64,000 bases of DNA from the human T2T-CHM13v2.0 reference genome, Homo sapiens: the NCBI RefSeq assembly GCF_009914755.1, contig NC_060932.1; one strand, 5' to 3'. Below the pieces are notes generated by a model that was not told the DNA's origin, searched no databases, and saw only the letters and a list, made by a program, of their open reading frames with translations. The translations under genes were made by a program, and so were the position numbers. Of this stretch, positions 1 through 18,390 are shown piece by piece (within the stretch, counting starts at the first letter, position 1; every line of letters begins with the position of its first letter).

Positions 1-2612
1 CTCTCTCCTTTGAGTTTCTCCCTAGGAATTCTGCTAACACGGTTTCCTTGCTGGGTAATTGGTTATCTTGCTTTTCAGTGGCTGCCCCAGTGAACCCAGC
101 TGGGTTGTTGGTTGATCTCATCCCTAAGCCATTACTTTCTACTTTGCACTTTCCCTGGCTAGATCTCAAGAGGCTATTTAAACACTAATTACTTCTCTTA
201 GTCCCTCATGAAGGAAGCCCCCTCTGAGACCAGGGAAGAGTCATTTGAGGTGTAAATGAGAGAAAATGTCATAGGAACGGGAGGTTTGAGCCCCTTCCTC
301 CCAGCCTGAGGCTGTGTCTTTGTAGCTGCCCTTCCAGTGCCAGTTTGTCTGGGCTCCCCTGTGATTTCCTTTCTTCTTGTGTTTCTTAGTACTCCTGTAA
401 GATCGTCAGGGTATTTGGGCCAGACTATGAAATTAAAGTCCTTTACGCTTAGTTTTCTTCCTTTCCCTACTCCTCATTCCACCATCTCTGCAAACACCAT
501 CCCTGCAAAACTACTCTGGAAATATCTTAACCAAAGCTTTTCCCCCAGATGAGGCAACATAGCTGAGTCTGTCATATAATTTGGTGGGTAATTGGTCCTT
601 TGTATCTAAGCCAACTACCTCCTGCCTGCATCACAGATAATATAATTAGCAGCATAGGTAAGAAAATATGAGTAGATTATTTTTTATATGTACATATTCA
701 TAGATTTAAAGGTGAAACGATATGATGTCTATAAGTTATGTTTAAACAACTCAGCAAAAATAGATGAAGCAAATATGACAATGTTAATTAAAAATCTAGA
801 TGTGTATATTGCATGTTTATTATACTATTTTCTCTCCCACTTGGAGTATTTGAATTTTTTAAAAAAGTTTTTTTAAAGAATAAAGAAAATTAAGGAGGAA
901 AAAAGAAAAATACTGTGGTAGAGGACTATTTCTGATGTCCTGCAACATATGGTTCCCGTCAAGCCTATACCTTGAGTCTACACCTTCAGCTTGTTGGTGT
1001 TTATTTCCAAAGCCTTCATTACCTCAACAACACTAAAGCTCGCAACCTTCTGTCTGCTCATTACACTTGGCAGGGCCTGCAAACTCTCAGATTCCCTCTT
1101 CAGTTGCCTCTTGCAGATCTTCAATCAATTACAGCCCCAAAATTGCAAACTGCAGCACTCCAAGGTGGAGTCTTATGTGTGCCCCTGAGCCTCTCACCTG
1201 TGCATTTGCCTAACAGGGCCAGGTAGGGTCAGACAGCCACAACTGTGAGCATTTCACGGCACCTGGCAAAGGCTGCTGGCACCCTGCTAGGGCTGTTCTT
1301 CACACTGCCCATGTCTATTCTCACCACCTTCTTTTGTTCAAGTTGTTCTGTTACACTGGATACCCTCCATCCTTTTCTCAATTTCCAAATCCTATCTTTC
1401 AATACTCAACCAAGTTAATATACTTCAATCTTTAATAAATCCAAAACGCTACCTGTCCATCTGAGTTTCCGCACGGTAGCCAAGTTTACTCTCACTTGTG
1501 GACAAGGTAGCAGTGGTCACTCCCCACTTAGTGACTATGATTGGATCACCCAAATCTAACTGTTGACCACCAGCTAAAGAGCCCTTGAACTTTCATCTAG
1601 AGGGGAGCAATACAATGATGGTAGGCAAGGCAAGATTATCATTGTACAGCAACTTTGCATGGAAGTTAGGGCCAGGTGTATGAATAGGTTTCCTCTTGGA
1701 GGCTGACATGGTATCAGTAGTCATGACTCGAAGGGGAGGAGGATTTTGAGACTCCTATCAGGACTTGGGAAGGAGTGACATAACTAATTTGTGATATTTG
1801 CCATGGATACAGGGATGGGGGAAAGTGCCAAACACTATGTATTTGGATCCCTGGCTCAGGTCAGTAGGATACCAACAGTTCACTACAGCAGATAACAAAT
1901 AGAAATTTAAAAAGCCAAGAGCATTAAAGCATCTACCAGATGATGCACTTTGAATTCAAGATTTCTGGAGGAATGCAAGCGTAATTAGGGAAAAATAGAA
2001 TCTTAAATAATGGTCAGCCACCAATACCATAGCAATTCAAATGATGTAACTGTCGCCTCATTGCACCATTGTATTCATTCAACCACTCATTTATCCATTT
2101 AACAAATGTTTTCTGAGAACCCACTAAATGTACCACATACTAATATAAACAAAATATAGCAGGTGTTACAGCACAGTGTTTAAGCATGGGCTCTGAATAT
2201 CTTAGCTTCAAATCCTGACTCTACCACTTACAAACAAGTTTTCTAAAGTTACTTATAACAGTGTCTAGCACATCAAAAGCCCTCAACAAATGTCAGTGGT
2301 TACTATTATGATCATCATCATGATCATCTGGTAGTGGTAATAAAAGGAAGCTAGTGATCTAAGAAAGGAATACAGTATAGGAGTCTTCATGGGAGAACTA
2401 GTTACGTATTCTGATAGAACAATGCACTCTTTTTGTAACATTTATTTTACTCTAATTATTCAGTATTTGTCTTCCCTGCTAGCTTGTAAATTCACAGGGG
2501 CAAACAACATGTCTGCTTTATTCTCTACTATATCCCTGACCCATAATAGATGCTCAGTAAATATTTCTTGACTGATTATGCTAGTGAATTAGTATACAAG
2601 AACCATAAAGAG

Positions 2613-2706
2613 GCTGACACCACTCACCGGTCAGCTCACTCTCCCCTCTCCGAGGGTGTTACCCCGCTTAATAAACCTTTTGCTGTTTTGCTTTAAAAAA
2701 AAAAAA
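2613..2706 (+). mobile_element. short polyadenylated LTR-like retrocopy
   Basis: AATAAA at 2670-2675, A12 tail at 2695-2706, flanking direct repeat TAAAGAG at 2606-2612 and 2711-2717. Confidence 0.55.
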
Positions 2707-2792
2707 TACGTAAAGAGAAGTGCAGCACAAACAGAGTGAGACCACTCAGGGGCCGTAATCATTCAGCCCTTGCATGAGGGCAGGTTTGGGAT

Positions 2793-3313
2793 TGTCAGAG
2801 TCATTCGAACCAGAGCGACTCCATTTTGAGTGAGGGCTAGGAAAATGAGGCTGGGACTTGCTGGGCTGCATTCCCAGAAAATTAGGCATTCCTAGCCCCT
2901 AGATGTTTATGGTTAAGGGAACAAATTAATAATGTTTACTATAACAAACTCAGATTTGGGAGCGTCCAGATATCCCAATATCTGGAGAACAAAGGCATTC
3001 CTAATTTTGCTTTAAAGATAATATTATCAATTCTTGCAAAATATAGTAATGAAGAAAATTAATCCTTTATCACAAACCTTTGTAGCAGAACACCTCCCCC
3101 CATATATACAAGCATTGTACCTAGGGTGGATGTGTTCCTCCTCGTACTTTCAGGAACGTCCTACTCTGTCTATAGAGCACCTGTCCTTTCACCACTTTAC
3201 TTTCTTAATAAACTTGCTTTTACTTCGCACTGAGGACTCGCCCTGAATTCTTTCTTGCACGAGATCCAAGAACCCTCTCTTGGGGTCTGGATCGGGACCC
3301 CTTTCCGGTAACA
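2793..3313 (+). mobile_element. MER41-family solo LTR (ERV1)
   Basis: TGTCAGAG..GAACCAGAGCGACTCCAT start, GGATCGGGACCCCTTTCCGGTAACA end, TG...CA termini, 4-bp TSD GGAT. Confidence 0.9.
2871..2879 (+). promoter_or_regulatory. GAS/STAT motif TTCCCAGAA in MER41
   Basis: Exact TTCNNNGAA match; MER41 LTRs are known STAT1-bound elements. Confidence 0.45.
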
Positions 3314-4855
3314 GGATGAAGAGTTTTAGTCACCAGAAGAAACACAGCCCACTTCATAATTTTTGAATTAAAGCAATCCTATTAAATGAACATAAGTTCA
3401 ATAGGTATTTTAATGCCACACATAATCAATTATGCAAAAAGTTTTTCTGATTTTCCATGGATTTCAGTGAAGAGGGAATTCTAATATAGATGTTATAATA
3501 AAACACAATGAGCCCCTTCTCTTCTCTTCTATAAAGGCAAAGATATATTTTCCAATTCATTTTTGCTGCAACTTCCCAAAGCAGACTCAAAGCTTGCCAA
3601 ACTCAAATATTGTTAGAACTCGAACAATTCCAAAGCTGACAGGAAGGCCAGTTTTTAATCACCTCTGGGATGTTCACTTTCAGTAAAGATATTTAGGGCT
3701 AAGAAAGAAAAAGCCCAAATATAGCTCTAAGATGTTGAGCTATCTACTTTTATAACTCCCTTGGTGATAGAATTGTTGTTGCTTTTCAAATCCTGCTGCA
3801 GTTTGACCCTTCCCAGTAGGAACTTGGTGATAAATAATGCCTTTAATTGCTTTTCCTCCTGCCCTCGCAGCTGGTAGGAGAAGTGATGTGTGTATCACAA
3901 AGAAATGCTGAACCAAATTTTAAGGACAGAAAGGTAGGGATGTAGCTGTTGGGCTCTGCCTTCTTCCTGCATGGTGGGGGAGCCTCCAAACCTCTCTTTG
4001 TTAAGGACAGCAGCTCAGCCCAGGTGCCACTGAGTGGTCTTGTTCCCCATTGTCATTGCCGCTCCAGCTTATGACTGACAGAGAAGACTTCCTAGAGTCT
4101 CAGCCTTTGGTCCAGCTTTCCCCATCTGCCTCAAAGCCCTGGGGAACGTGAGTTAATGAACCAATGAACTGTGTTGCCTTCCTGGTATCCTTTGCTGATA
4201 GTTATTTGATGCAAGAGCTCAGGGACTCAAAATGCCTCTTTTAGGTCACAGGGAACCACGGCTTTTCTGATGCAGTCAATCAACTTGGAGTGTGCAGCAG
4301 GAGCTAAGGCTGTATGAATGGTGTCCTGCCTCAGTGCCTCTGCTGGAATCTGATCAAATAGGGAAGCATCGAGGAGGGGAGAGGGTGATGATGGGCAGTG
4401 AATGTGGCTTTGACTTACAAACTGACCTTCATATCATTTGAGATGATACAGTAATTTTCCCAAAAGACAAATTGAATTTATATCATTAGTTTCCCCCAAC
4501 TAGTGAAATCCTTTCTGATAACTTTATTCTTTTGCTTTTAATACTGACTCCTTAGGAGAACTGGTATGGATGGGGAGGGAATAGAGGGATTGGGACAGCC
4601 TCAAGCAGTAGATTGCCTTGAACTTTAAAAAGACAAGGATCTAAAACTCCAAGGGACTCTTGCCAAGAGAACACATACAAGATGTGCAGAGACTTAATGA
4701 TTGTAAAATGTATCCATGGGGTAATAGATGTCATTTGTCCCCTCTGACTCTTGCTTCCTCTTTGATGTAGTTTACTTAAGATTTCATAGAGGAAACTGAG
4801 AAACAAGGTTACATTATACACCCTACAGGATTCAACTTAGAATTACTCAACTTGG

Positions 4856-5380
4856 GGATAAAGAAAATGTGGTATATATACAAAATGGAATACTAGTCAG
4901 CCTTTAAAAAAAACTAGAAAGAAAATTCTGTCATTTGCAACAACATGGATGGACCTGTAAAGCATTATACTAAGTGAAACTAGCCAGATACGTGATCTCA
5001 CTTATCTATTAATCTAAAAAAGTGGAACTCATAGAAGTAGAGAGTAGAATGGTGATTACCAGAGGCTTGGGGCTGAGGGGAGTGGAGGGATGGAATCGGG
5101 AGTTGTTGGGCAGAAGATATGAAGTTTCAAATAGACAGGAGGAATAAGTTTTGAGATATATTGCACAGCAGATAACTATAGGCATTAATATGTTTCAAAA
5201 TAACTAAGAGAGTAAATGTCAAATGTCCCACAACAAAAAATAAGTGATGAGATAGATATGTTAATTAGCTTGATTTAATCATTTCATATTGTTTACATAT
5301 ATCGAAACATCACATTGTACCCCCATAAATGTACACAATTATGATTTGTCAATTTAAAATAATATTAATTTTAAAAATAG
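4856..5380 (+). mobile_element. L1MA-type 3' end
   Basis: GATAAAGAAAATGTGGTATAT...CATTTGCAACAACATGGATG...CATCACATTGTACCCCATAAAT L1 3' motifs. Confidence 0.85.
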
Positions 5381-6099
5381 AAACTTTTTAAAATTATCTA
5401 TTTGATATTTCAGTTTCCCCCAAGTCCCTCTTCCAGCTAACTACCCCTGGGGCATTTCTCTCTGATTCTGGCATCTTCCTCCACAATTATGAAAACAATT
5501 TCACTGCACTCCAGTTTCTACCATCAAGTTCGCATACCCCAATTCATCTCAGGTTCTGCTGAACCAATGGTCTTTCAGTTAACAGAACCTCCCCCCATGA
5601 AAAGTAATTGCTTACCATTTTTCATTACTTGCACAAGTGCTTCAGGTTAAAATAAAAGAAGCCATCTGGATATCACCCAGTTTCTGCTGTGTGTGGCTGG
5701 TGAGGAAAGTTGAGAGGCAGAATGGCGAGATGGAGAGAAGGTAAAGCCCTTCCCCCAAAAATGGGCCCAATAAACTAAATATTGTACTTATGTCTGAGTT
5801 GTCTCGGGAATTTTAGTTTTAAGTTTTCTAAAGACCAATCCCCTTAGGAAAATTGAGAAAACAAAATATACTATTTCTATGACAATAGAGAGATGTCTAA
5901 ATCTATATGTTGACTTCACTAAGTGCATCTTTGTGTAATGGTCCAAAGTCTCATTTTACTAGATGAACAGTAATTTAAATGTTTAAAAATGAAAGTATCC
6001 TGTTTCAAAATGTTGAATTTGCATGAGCTACTGGCTCCCTACCACAAAATCAACTCTGAAGGAAAAAAAAAAAGGAAACTTAGATTTACAAAAGAGTGA

Positions 6100-8265
<2,166 letters not shown>

Positions 8266-8359
8266 CAGGGATGCAAAGGAATCTATCTGTGTAATTATTC
8301 ATCACATTACAGATTAGGGAGGAAAAAGGCATATGATCAACTAAATCAACTTTTAAAGC

Positions 8360-8895
8360 ATTTGAGAGTATGTATTCAAAAAACTTAAACTCAGAGTCTT
8401 GAAAATATATTTGTCCACCCATGTTCATAGCAGCATTGTTTACATTAACCAAGAGGTAGAAGTAACTCAAGTATCCATCAATGGTTGAATGGATAAACAA
8501 AATGTGGTATTTATTATACAATGGAATATTATTTGGCCTCAGAAAGGAAGGAAATTCGGACACATGCTACAACATGGATAAACTTTGAGGACATTCTGTT
8601 CAGTGAAATAAGCTAGTCACAAAAAGACAAACATTGTACGATTCCACTTATATAAGGTATCAAGACAAGTTAACTTTGTTGAGACAGGAAGTAGAATGGT
8701 GGTTGCCAGGGGCTGGAGGCAGTGTGGAATGAAGAGGTATTGTGTAAAGAGTAAAGACTTTCCCTTTTGCAAGATGAAAAAGTTCTATAGATTGGCTGCA
8801 AAACAATGTGAATATACTTAACACTACTCAAGTATATACTTAAAAATGGTTAAAATAGGAAATCTTGTGTTCAATGTATTTTACCACAATTAGCT
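8360..8895 (+). mobile_element. L1MB-type 3' end
   Basis: CCCATGTTCATAGCAGCATT, GGATAAACAAAATGTGG, GTAGAATGGTGGTTGCCAGGGG. Confidence 0.85.
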
Positions 8896-9024
8896 AAATA
8901 AATACATACATGTATATGTATTTATACATGTATACAACATGTATATATTTCCTCTCCGCTAAAAAATAATAAGCTACAGAGATAGCATTGCAGGTTATTA
9001 GGGGAAATAATAGATTTTTTTGCA

Positions 9025-9325
9025 TAGACTTTATTTTTTAGAGTTTTAGGTTCACAGCAAAATTGAGTAGGAAGTACAGAGATTTCCCATACACTACCTA
9101 TCCTGGCACATGCACAACCTCTCCCCCATCAATATCCCACACTAGAGTGGTATATTTGTTATTATCAATGAACATACATTAACCTTATCACCCCAAATCC
9201 ATTAGGGTTTTACATTAGGGTTCACTCTTGGTGTTGTACATTCTATGCATTTTCACGAATGTATAATGACATGTATTCACCATTATAGTGTCATACAAAG
9301 TAGTTTCACTGCCCTAAAAATCCTT
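9025..9325 (-). mobile_element. L1MC/MD-type 3' end
   Basis: TTTTAGGTTCACAGCAAAATTGAG...GTTTCACTGCCCTAAAAATCC. Confidence 0.75.
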
Positions 9326-9411
9326 GTCAGCATTTGTTGTTGTCAAGGCATAGATTTTTAGGACACAGAAATCACTAACTGTTAAAGAAAATATTGAAAA
9401 ATTGTGCTTCA

Positions 9412-11110
<1,699 letters not shown>

Positions 11111-12534
11111 TATTGGGGTGATATCATTAAGAGGAGGAAGAGATATTGTCGAGTAAAAGCTGTAAAAGTTCACTGTGGGGAAAAAAAACGCAGTGATCAA
11201 GAGAATCAAAGTAGGTACAAAAATCACACATCTCACTGATGAAAACAATGTTCATTGAGCTTGACTGAAATGAAGCTTTTCCATTTTATTTAGCTGCAGA
11301 AAATATTTTCTGAATCCTATAGGATGAATCTTGACCAAAATTGATTTTTTGAAACAAACTGGTCTTTAGTGATTTTATTTTCTTTTTTGTGTATGTATAT
11401 GATGGTTAAATAACCAAAATGAATATAATAATCATTTCTAAATAATCAAAAATAAACCTGAAAATAACTTTATGTTAGTCTGGTTGTTGTTTATGAATAA
11501 TTAACATGATTGTTTTAAATAAATTTTGACTTAAAATTCACCCAGCTGCCTTATTACAACCTCCTACAGGTATCCTGACATAGCTGCAGCATTGTCTTGG
11601 GAAAGGTACAATGTTCTGTTCATTTATTTTAAGACCATTTTTCATTCAGGTAATTACAGGAAAGATTCAGCAAGCATGAGACAAAGCACTATTAAAAAGC
11701 TGTGAATTCCTGGGTCTCTAAGCCTAAGTGTTGTTTCTATTTTACATTCTAATAACTTGTCTTTTTCTATTCCCTCTTTATTAAATTCTGTATTCACCTT
11801 TTTAGAACTCATCTGACATATATTACAATCAGATTTGCCAATGTGCTAAGTCAAACAGTACAAGGTTTGTCATCAAAGTCTCCCAATCCTGTCTTCAGTC
11901 ATTGGTAAATCTAATACATTCTATTTGTTTGTTTGTTTGTTTGTTTGTTGTTTTCCTGAACCTGATAGTAACTGAACAAATTCCTTACTTTAGCTGAAAT
12001 GGCCCATGCTTACTCTTGGACAAAAGGAGTAAAACATTATGTTCCAGCATAAGTAAAACCCTTAACTCATATCTCCTTTTGTAAAAAAAAAAAAAAAAAA
12101 AAACTGTAAGGACTAATTTCACTTGCTGGTATTCAAAAATGAGTAGCATCAATTTTCCATATTCAATACAATTTGTGTCAAATTTTAAAAACCAAATATC
12201 TGTAACTCATTTCAAAACCCTCAAAGTTGGGGATTCTCTGCAAATCACTATTGTATTGGATAGGAAAAAACTTTACTTCCCAGTTTAGGTCAATTGAATG
12301 TGAGTTGCAGAAGGGCCAGGGCAGTATCTTCTCAGTTCATCATTGGTAGCATCATGCCTGGCACATAGAGATGTCTGTTAATACGTAATAAATGAACAAA
12401 GTAGCAGCCATTCTCAACCAAAGGGAACACCATGAGACATTGCAGTGTCATGATCTATTGAGAGATATGTTGAAAGTAATTAGACCTAATGATAAAGAAA
12501 CCTTTTTGCCCTAATAACTGAATTGTTTTAAAAC

Positions 12535-13310
12535 TTTGAATCTTGACATATTTTTAGATTAATGGAAGAGTTGCAAAGATAACACAGACAGTTCCTATGT
12601 ACCCTTCATCCCATTTCCCCTAATGCTAACATGCTACATAACCATGGTGCATTTATAAAACTGATAAATTAACATTAACAATACTATAAACTATAGAATT
12701 ATTCAGATTTTACTGGTTTTTCCACTGATGTCCTTTTCCTGTTCCAGGATTCGATTCAGGATACCATGTTGCATTAAGTCATCCTGTCTCCTTATAAACT
12801 CAACTCTGACAATTTGCCAGCCTTTCCTCATTTGCTTTTCATGATATTGGCTCCATTTGGATTTGTCTGGTGCTTTCTCATTATTAGACTGAGCTTATAG
12901 ATTTGGAGGAATAATACCATATACCACAGAGGTGAGGTGCCCTTCTCATCACATCATATAAGGGATACATCATGTCAATACAACTTATTACGGGTGATGT
13001 TAACATTGATCGTTCAGTTAAGGTAGTATCTGCCGGTTTCTGTGCTGTAAAGGTATTTTTTCCTTTCCATACTCTAGTCCTTAGAAGCAAGTTTCTAAGT
13101 CAAACTCATAATAAAGGAGACAGAAATTAAACTTCACCTCCTGGTAGAAGAATTTGGGAGTGTATGTCAAAACCCACCATTAATAGTAATTAATAAATGT
13201 ATTTGGGAAATTCCTTTCCAGCTATGCAAATACCCTGCTTCTCCTTAAAGTCTCACCTACTAAGAGTAGTATTCATCAACGGATTTTGCCTATAGTAACT
13301 ATTGTGGTAC
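12535..13310 (-). mobile_element. L1MC/MD 3' region
   Basis: AGAGTTGCAAAGATAACACAG..TTCCTATGTACCCTTCATCC, TGTCCTTTTCCTGTTCCAGGAT. Confidence 0.7.
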
Positions 13311-13384
13311 CAAGAACACTTTTTCATTTATTTATTTTATATAAATGGTACAACAATTGAAAGTTACTTCTATAATATCACTGT

Positions 13385-13885
13385 CGCTCCAACAAATAGT
13401 GTCCGTTGCCTACCTGTTTTCTGACTGCAAACAGATCTTTAGCTTCAGAAGAGCTAATCCCCTCTGCCATTTCCTTTGCAATGTTTGGTTTAGGACTTGT
13501 CCTGTGACAGAATTCAGACTAATGAGACATGAGAGTAAGTCTTTTCAGGAGGTTCTAACAGATTCTTCTTCACTTTCAAAAAGAGTCACAAGGAAGGGAT
13601 GTTCTGTCTTCTAAGCTTGAGGCTTTGTAAGTGAGGATTTAGTCTAGCACTGCGGCAGCCACCTTGAGGCCATGAGGGAACAAATCTGAAAATAAAAGCA
13701 AACACACTGCTGAAGATGGCAGAGTTGAAGGATGCAAACAACCCGGTCTTGATGCTGTGGATTTGCTAAATTAACCAACTCTGAATCACTCTAAATCCTG
13801 ATTTCACTTTGTGACATAATCAAGCCCCTTATTATTTGACTGATTTTGAGTGTGGCTTGCAGCTGAAAGCTCCCTAATTGATGCA
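13385..13885 (+). mobile_element. old MLT1 (MaLR) LTR
   Basis: GCAGCCACCTTGAGGCCATGAG, GAAGATGGCAGAG, TTGCAGCTGAAAGC..CCTAATTGAT. Confidence 0.7.
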
Positions 13886-14384
13886 CTCACTTCATTGTGA
13901 GAGCCTTTCTTGAGAAGTGGAGAAAGGGACAGATTTATAGCCCTTAGTCATGAATTGTACACAACCCTGGATAGGCACATTGGTCTTTGTTCTGGATACA
14001 CACTTGACTGGGGCTTGTGTCACTATATCAGGGGAGGGAAAGATTGAGAAAAGTAGCTGTATGAAAACATACATGCTTCCAGTGTGAACTTCTAAGAGTT
14101 GGCTTCATAAAGATACGTTCAAAATAATTCTTTCTGGAATTTTTGGCAAGCAGGTAGTTTCATTATCCTCTGTTTCTCTTTCTTTTTGTTAAATTTTCTT
14201 TCAAAATATTTTTCAAAATTTTCAAAAATTAGTATATAAAGCTCAGAATAGAACTAGAATTATGCTAGGTAATTAAAGACACAAGATGTAATATGTGACC
14301 TTTTTTTTTTAATCTATGTGTTTAAAAATTCTTGTGAATCTGTTATCATAAGTTAATTGAAGTCCTTCATACTATCTTTTTTAA

Positions 14385-14690
<306 letters not shown>

Positions 14691-16726
14691 TTTAATTTTT
14701 TTTTTAAACCCAACACTATTAGCGGTGTTAGGAACCTCATACTATGTTAACTCACTGGGTGATCTCATCTACTCCTTGTTTAAATAATTATAGGCACTAC
14801 TTAATTCTCTTTTGAAAGAAGTCAAATTACAATTGCTACCCTCGTTTAAAGGGTTATCTTTAAAACCTTATTACATTATGTAAATGTACTCAATGCTCAC
14901 CGCTAGTCAGTTCATACGACAGCTTTTCCATTCCTAATTTTTTAAGTGCAATGTATTATTTAATCGTCTATATCTCATCATCAAATGTATTTTTCCAAGC
15001 AGGGCTCATTAATATGCTGAGATTATACATATTAGAAATGTCTTTCTGTTATACTTATTTTGGGAGGATAACTTGACTAGGTATAAAATTCTTACCTTTG
15101 AATTCTTTATAAAAATAATTTCATTCTTTTCTCGCATTTAATGTTGCTGTGAAAAAATCTGAGGCCAGATTGACATTTTCTCCATTGTAGTTCTTTCTTA
15201 GTTTCACTGGCTATTGGAGACTTTTCTTGATCTTGAAATTTAACAACTTCATCAAGATATGCTGTCTTAATCATTACATATTCCTTTTTATGTCGATCAG
15301 ATGCTTTCTAAATTTCAGGAAATGTTTCTTCTACTGTGTATTTTAATATTTTTCTTTCTTTACTTGTTTTATTTATTTACTGAAATAAATTATGCTATGC
15401 TTCTATTGAATCATTTTTCTGTCTTCCATAGCTATCATCATCTGTCTAATTAATGACATTTCTTTGGTGGTTTTTGTTTTATTTTGTTTTGTTAGATTTT
15501 CTTAGGACTGTTCCATAAATCCTTGACAATTTTTTTTTCCATCAGTATCCTATTTCTTGCTGCTTCCAAGGTAATTTTAATTTTTGCAGTGGATTCTTTA
15601 AAAAAATTCTTTGCAGAGTTCTGTCAGTTCATTTGTTATGTGTTTGAGTAATTATCACTTCCTTGAGCTCCTTTTTTTTTTTTTAACAGTCCATTTTCCC
15701 ATTAATTTCTCTGAAAGCATGGAGAAGGTGTTTGCCTGAAATCTTCTCTTTACTGGGATAATTTAGCTGAAGTATAATCTGTATTGACCTTTTCTGTGTT
15801 TTATTACTTTCTTCTCTTTTATGGTGGCTGTGAATAGATCTTATGCTGAGTCCTTTCTGATTATTATTCAATATTGAATCAGTATAATTCTCATCAGCAA
15901 TGATCTTTAATAAAATAGTATAAGAATGAGTAATCTTGGGCAGTTGGCGAATTTAATTTTCGTACATTTTGTCTGAACACTTTCCAATCAGTTATCCTGG
16001 GAAGGAGATCCTTTCAAGTTTGAGGCTTGTTCCTTCAGTGCGGACACCCTGCTCTGGAGCAAGGTTGATGAAGCCTAGCTGCTCATCCGCCCAACGATCC
16101 GTGACTGGGCTACTTGGTGGACTATGGCCAGAGCCGTGAAGCTGACTGCTGCTCCCCCTGCCTCTCTCCACGTAGTTTCCCCAGGTTAGGAAACATAAAG
16201 AGCAATGTATTCACTTTCCAGAATTTTCCTCCGTTGGTTAGAGGTTTCACTCTGTTTAACAGAAATACTTCATAACCTGTTTGGCATTCTTTCCTAGTTT
16301 CATTATAGATGATATTTTCATAATATTTTCTATTCTTTATGATAGATTACTTCAAGAAGACAAGGGGAGTAAACATTACTCAATTCCACCATTTTTAACT
16401 GGGACTCCTCCCATCATTTGTTATGTGTCTGTTTCTCTCACTACAGTGGGTGCCCTTTGAGGGCAGGAACTATGTCTAAAATGTATATACCCCACGTCTG
16501 ATATAGAAGAGGTACTCAGTAAATATTCATTGAAGGAATGAATTTCACTGAGACACTGAATGATATTGTTTTATGTACTAACAGCTGTCCTGCTTATCTA
16601 GAAGAGTATGTTATAGAAGAGCAAACACTGCAGGTAGTGGAAGATATGGGGGTCAGCAGGTGTATCAGTTTTGTTTGGTGTACATCCAACAAAGGGAAGC
16701 CTAAGCCCTTTGTTCCTCTCTGTATT

Positions 16727-17372
16727 CAGCAATCCTCACTATTCACAGATTCCATATTTGCAAATTCGCCTACTCACTAAAATTACTTGTAACTCCGAAA
16801 TAAATATTCCAAGCACTTTCATGGTCATTCATGAACATGTGCAGAGCAGCAAAACTTTGAGTCCCCTAACATATATGTTCCCAGTTGAGGCAAACAAAGC
16901 AATCTCTGCCTTCTTGTTTCAGCTGTCATACTACAAACAAGTGTCCTTTTAGTGCTCTATTTAGTGCCATAATTTTTAACCGTTAGGCTTTTCTTTTTTT
17001 ATTGATTTAACCATTTAAAATGGCCTCCAAGAAAACTGCAGAAGTGCTGTGTAGTGTTCCTAAGTGCAAGGGGGTTGTGATGCACCCTACGGGGAAAATA
17101 CATGTGTCAAAGAAGCGTTGTTCATGCATGAGACATAGTACTGTTGCCATGAGGGCAATATTAACGAGTCAACACTATACATTACAAAAGATGTCTTTAA
17201 ACAGAAACACACATAAAACAAGGTTTTTTATAGATTGCTTAATGAAAATTGTGAACAGTGGCTCACAGGAACCTAACAGTATTTCCTGTAAGAGCAATAG
17301 TTCAGTATTTCCTAATTCAGTGTTTGCAGCAGCTTTATAGAATATAAGTACCACAGAGAGCAAGAATCAACC
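16727..17372 (+). mobile_element. MER82-like Tigger DNA transposon
   Basis: CAG..ATCCTCACTATTCACAGATTCCATATTTGCAAATTCGCCTACTC start; degenerate inverted terminus near 17370. Confidence 0.75.
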
Positions 17373-17906
17373 ATCTTATATCATATATATGGGAAAACTC
17401 CAAAATTTATACCTTGAGTTTTAAAAATGCCCTGAAGAGCAGGCACACTTATGCAATTGCCTTTTGATATATTACTTAGATATGTAATAAGCGTCTCAAA
17501 CTTAACAGGCTTGAAACAGAATTTTGATTTTTTTTTCCTTCCCACAAACCTCTTTTCTCCCAGTCTTCCCCAAATCTTTAAATGTCAATCCTTTCCACCT
17601 GGTTGCTCAAACCAAAACAATGAATCATCCTCAATTCTTCTCTTCCCCTCACCTTTCATATTCATTCCAACAGCAAATCCTGACAGGTTTACTTCTCTCC
17701 CAAGTCCATGTACTATCTCTGTCTCCATAACTACCATCTCAGTTCAAGGCACCATCATTCCTTCACCAGAATCCTGTGAGAACTGCCTACCTGTCTAACT
17801 GCTTCCACTCTAACTCTCTGTAATTCACTCTTCATGCAGGAGCAAAAGTGATGCTGTTAAAATGGGGATCAGACCATGTTACTCCTCTGCTTAAAATTCT
17901 CCAGTT

Positions 17907-18197
17907 GGCCAGGTGCAGTGGTTCACACCTATAATCCCAGTGTTTTGGGAGGCCAAGGTGAGAGGGTAGCTTGAGCCCAGGAGTTTGAGGCCAGCCTGGG
18001 CAACACAGTGAGACTCCTGTCTCTCCCAAAATATTTAAAAATTAGCTTTGTATGGTGGTATGCATCTGCAGTCCCTATCAAGAGGCTGAGGCAGGAGGAT
18101 CGCTTGAGCCCAGGAGTTCAGGCTCCAGTGAGCCATGACCTCACCACTGCACTCCAGCCTAGGCGATAAAATGAGACCCCATCTCTAAAAAAAAAAA
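17907..18197 (+). mobile_element. AluJ
   Basis: GCTTGAGCCCAGGAG in both arms. Confidence 0.9.
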
Positions 18198-18390
18198 TTA
18201 ATCAATTAAAAATCTCCCCCAGTGGCTTCTTGTTGCATTTAGGATAAATCCAAACTTTTCACTTTGGCTCATAAGGCTCTAAACAATCCAGTCCCTACCA
18301 ATATCTCCAAGCACATCCCCTGCCACCCTCCCCTTCCTTACAGTTTCCAGCAAAACTGGCTTCCTTTCTGTTGCTTCAACACCTCAGGGT

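Noticed and set aside
1550-1890. Possible ERVL internal fragment
   Set aside because: The resemblance is too faint to support without a Dfam search.
8897-8948. AT-rich near-palindrome (also ~50245-50297)
   Set aside because: Decayed L1 tail microsatellite; self-complementarity is expected for TA/CA-TG repeats.
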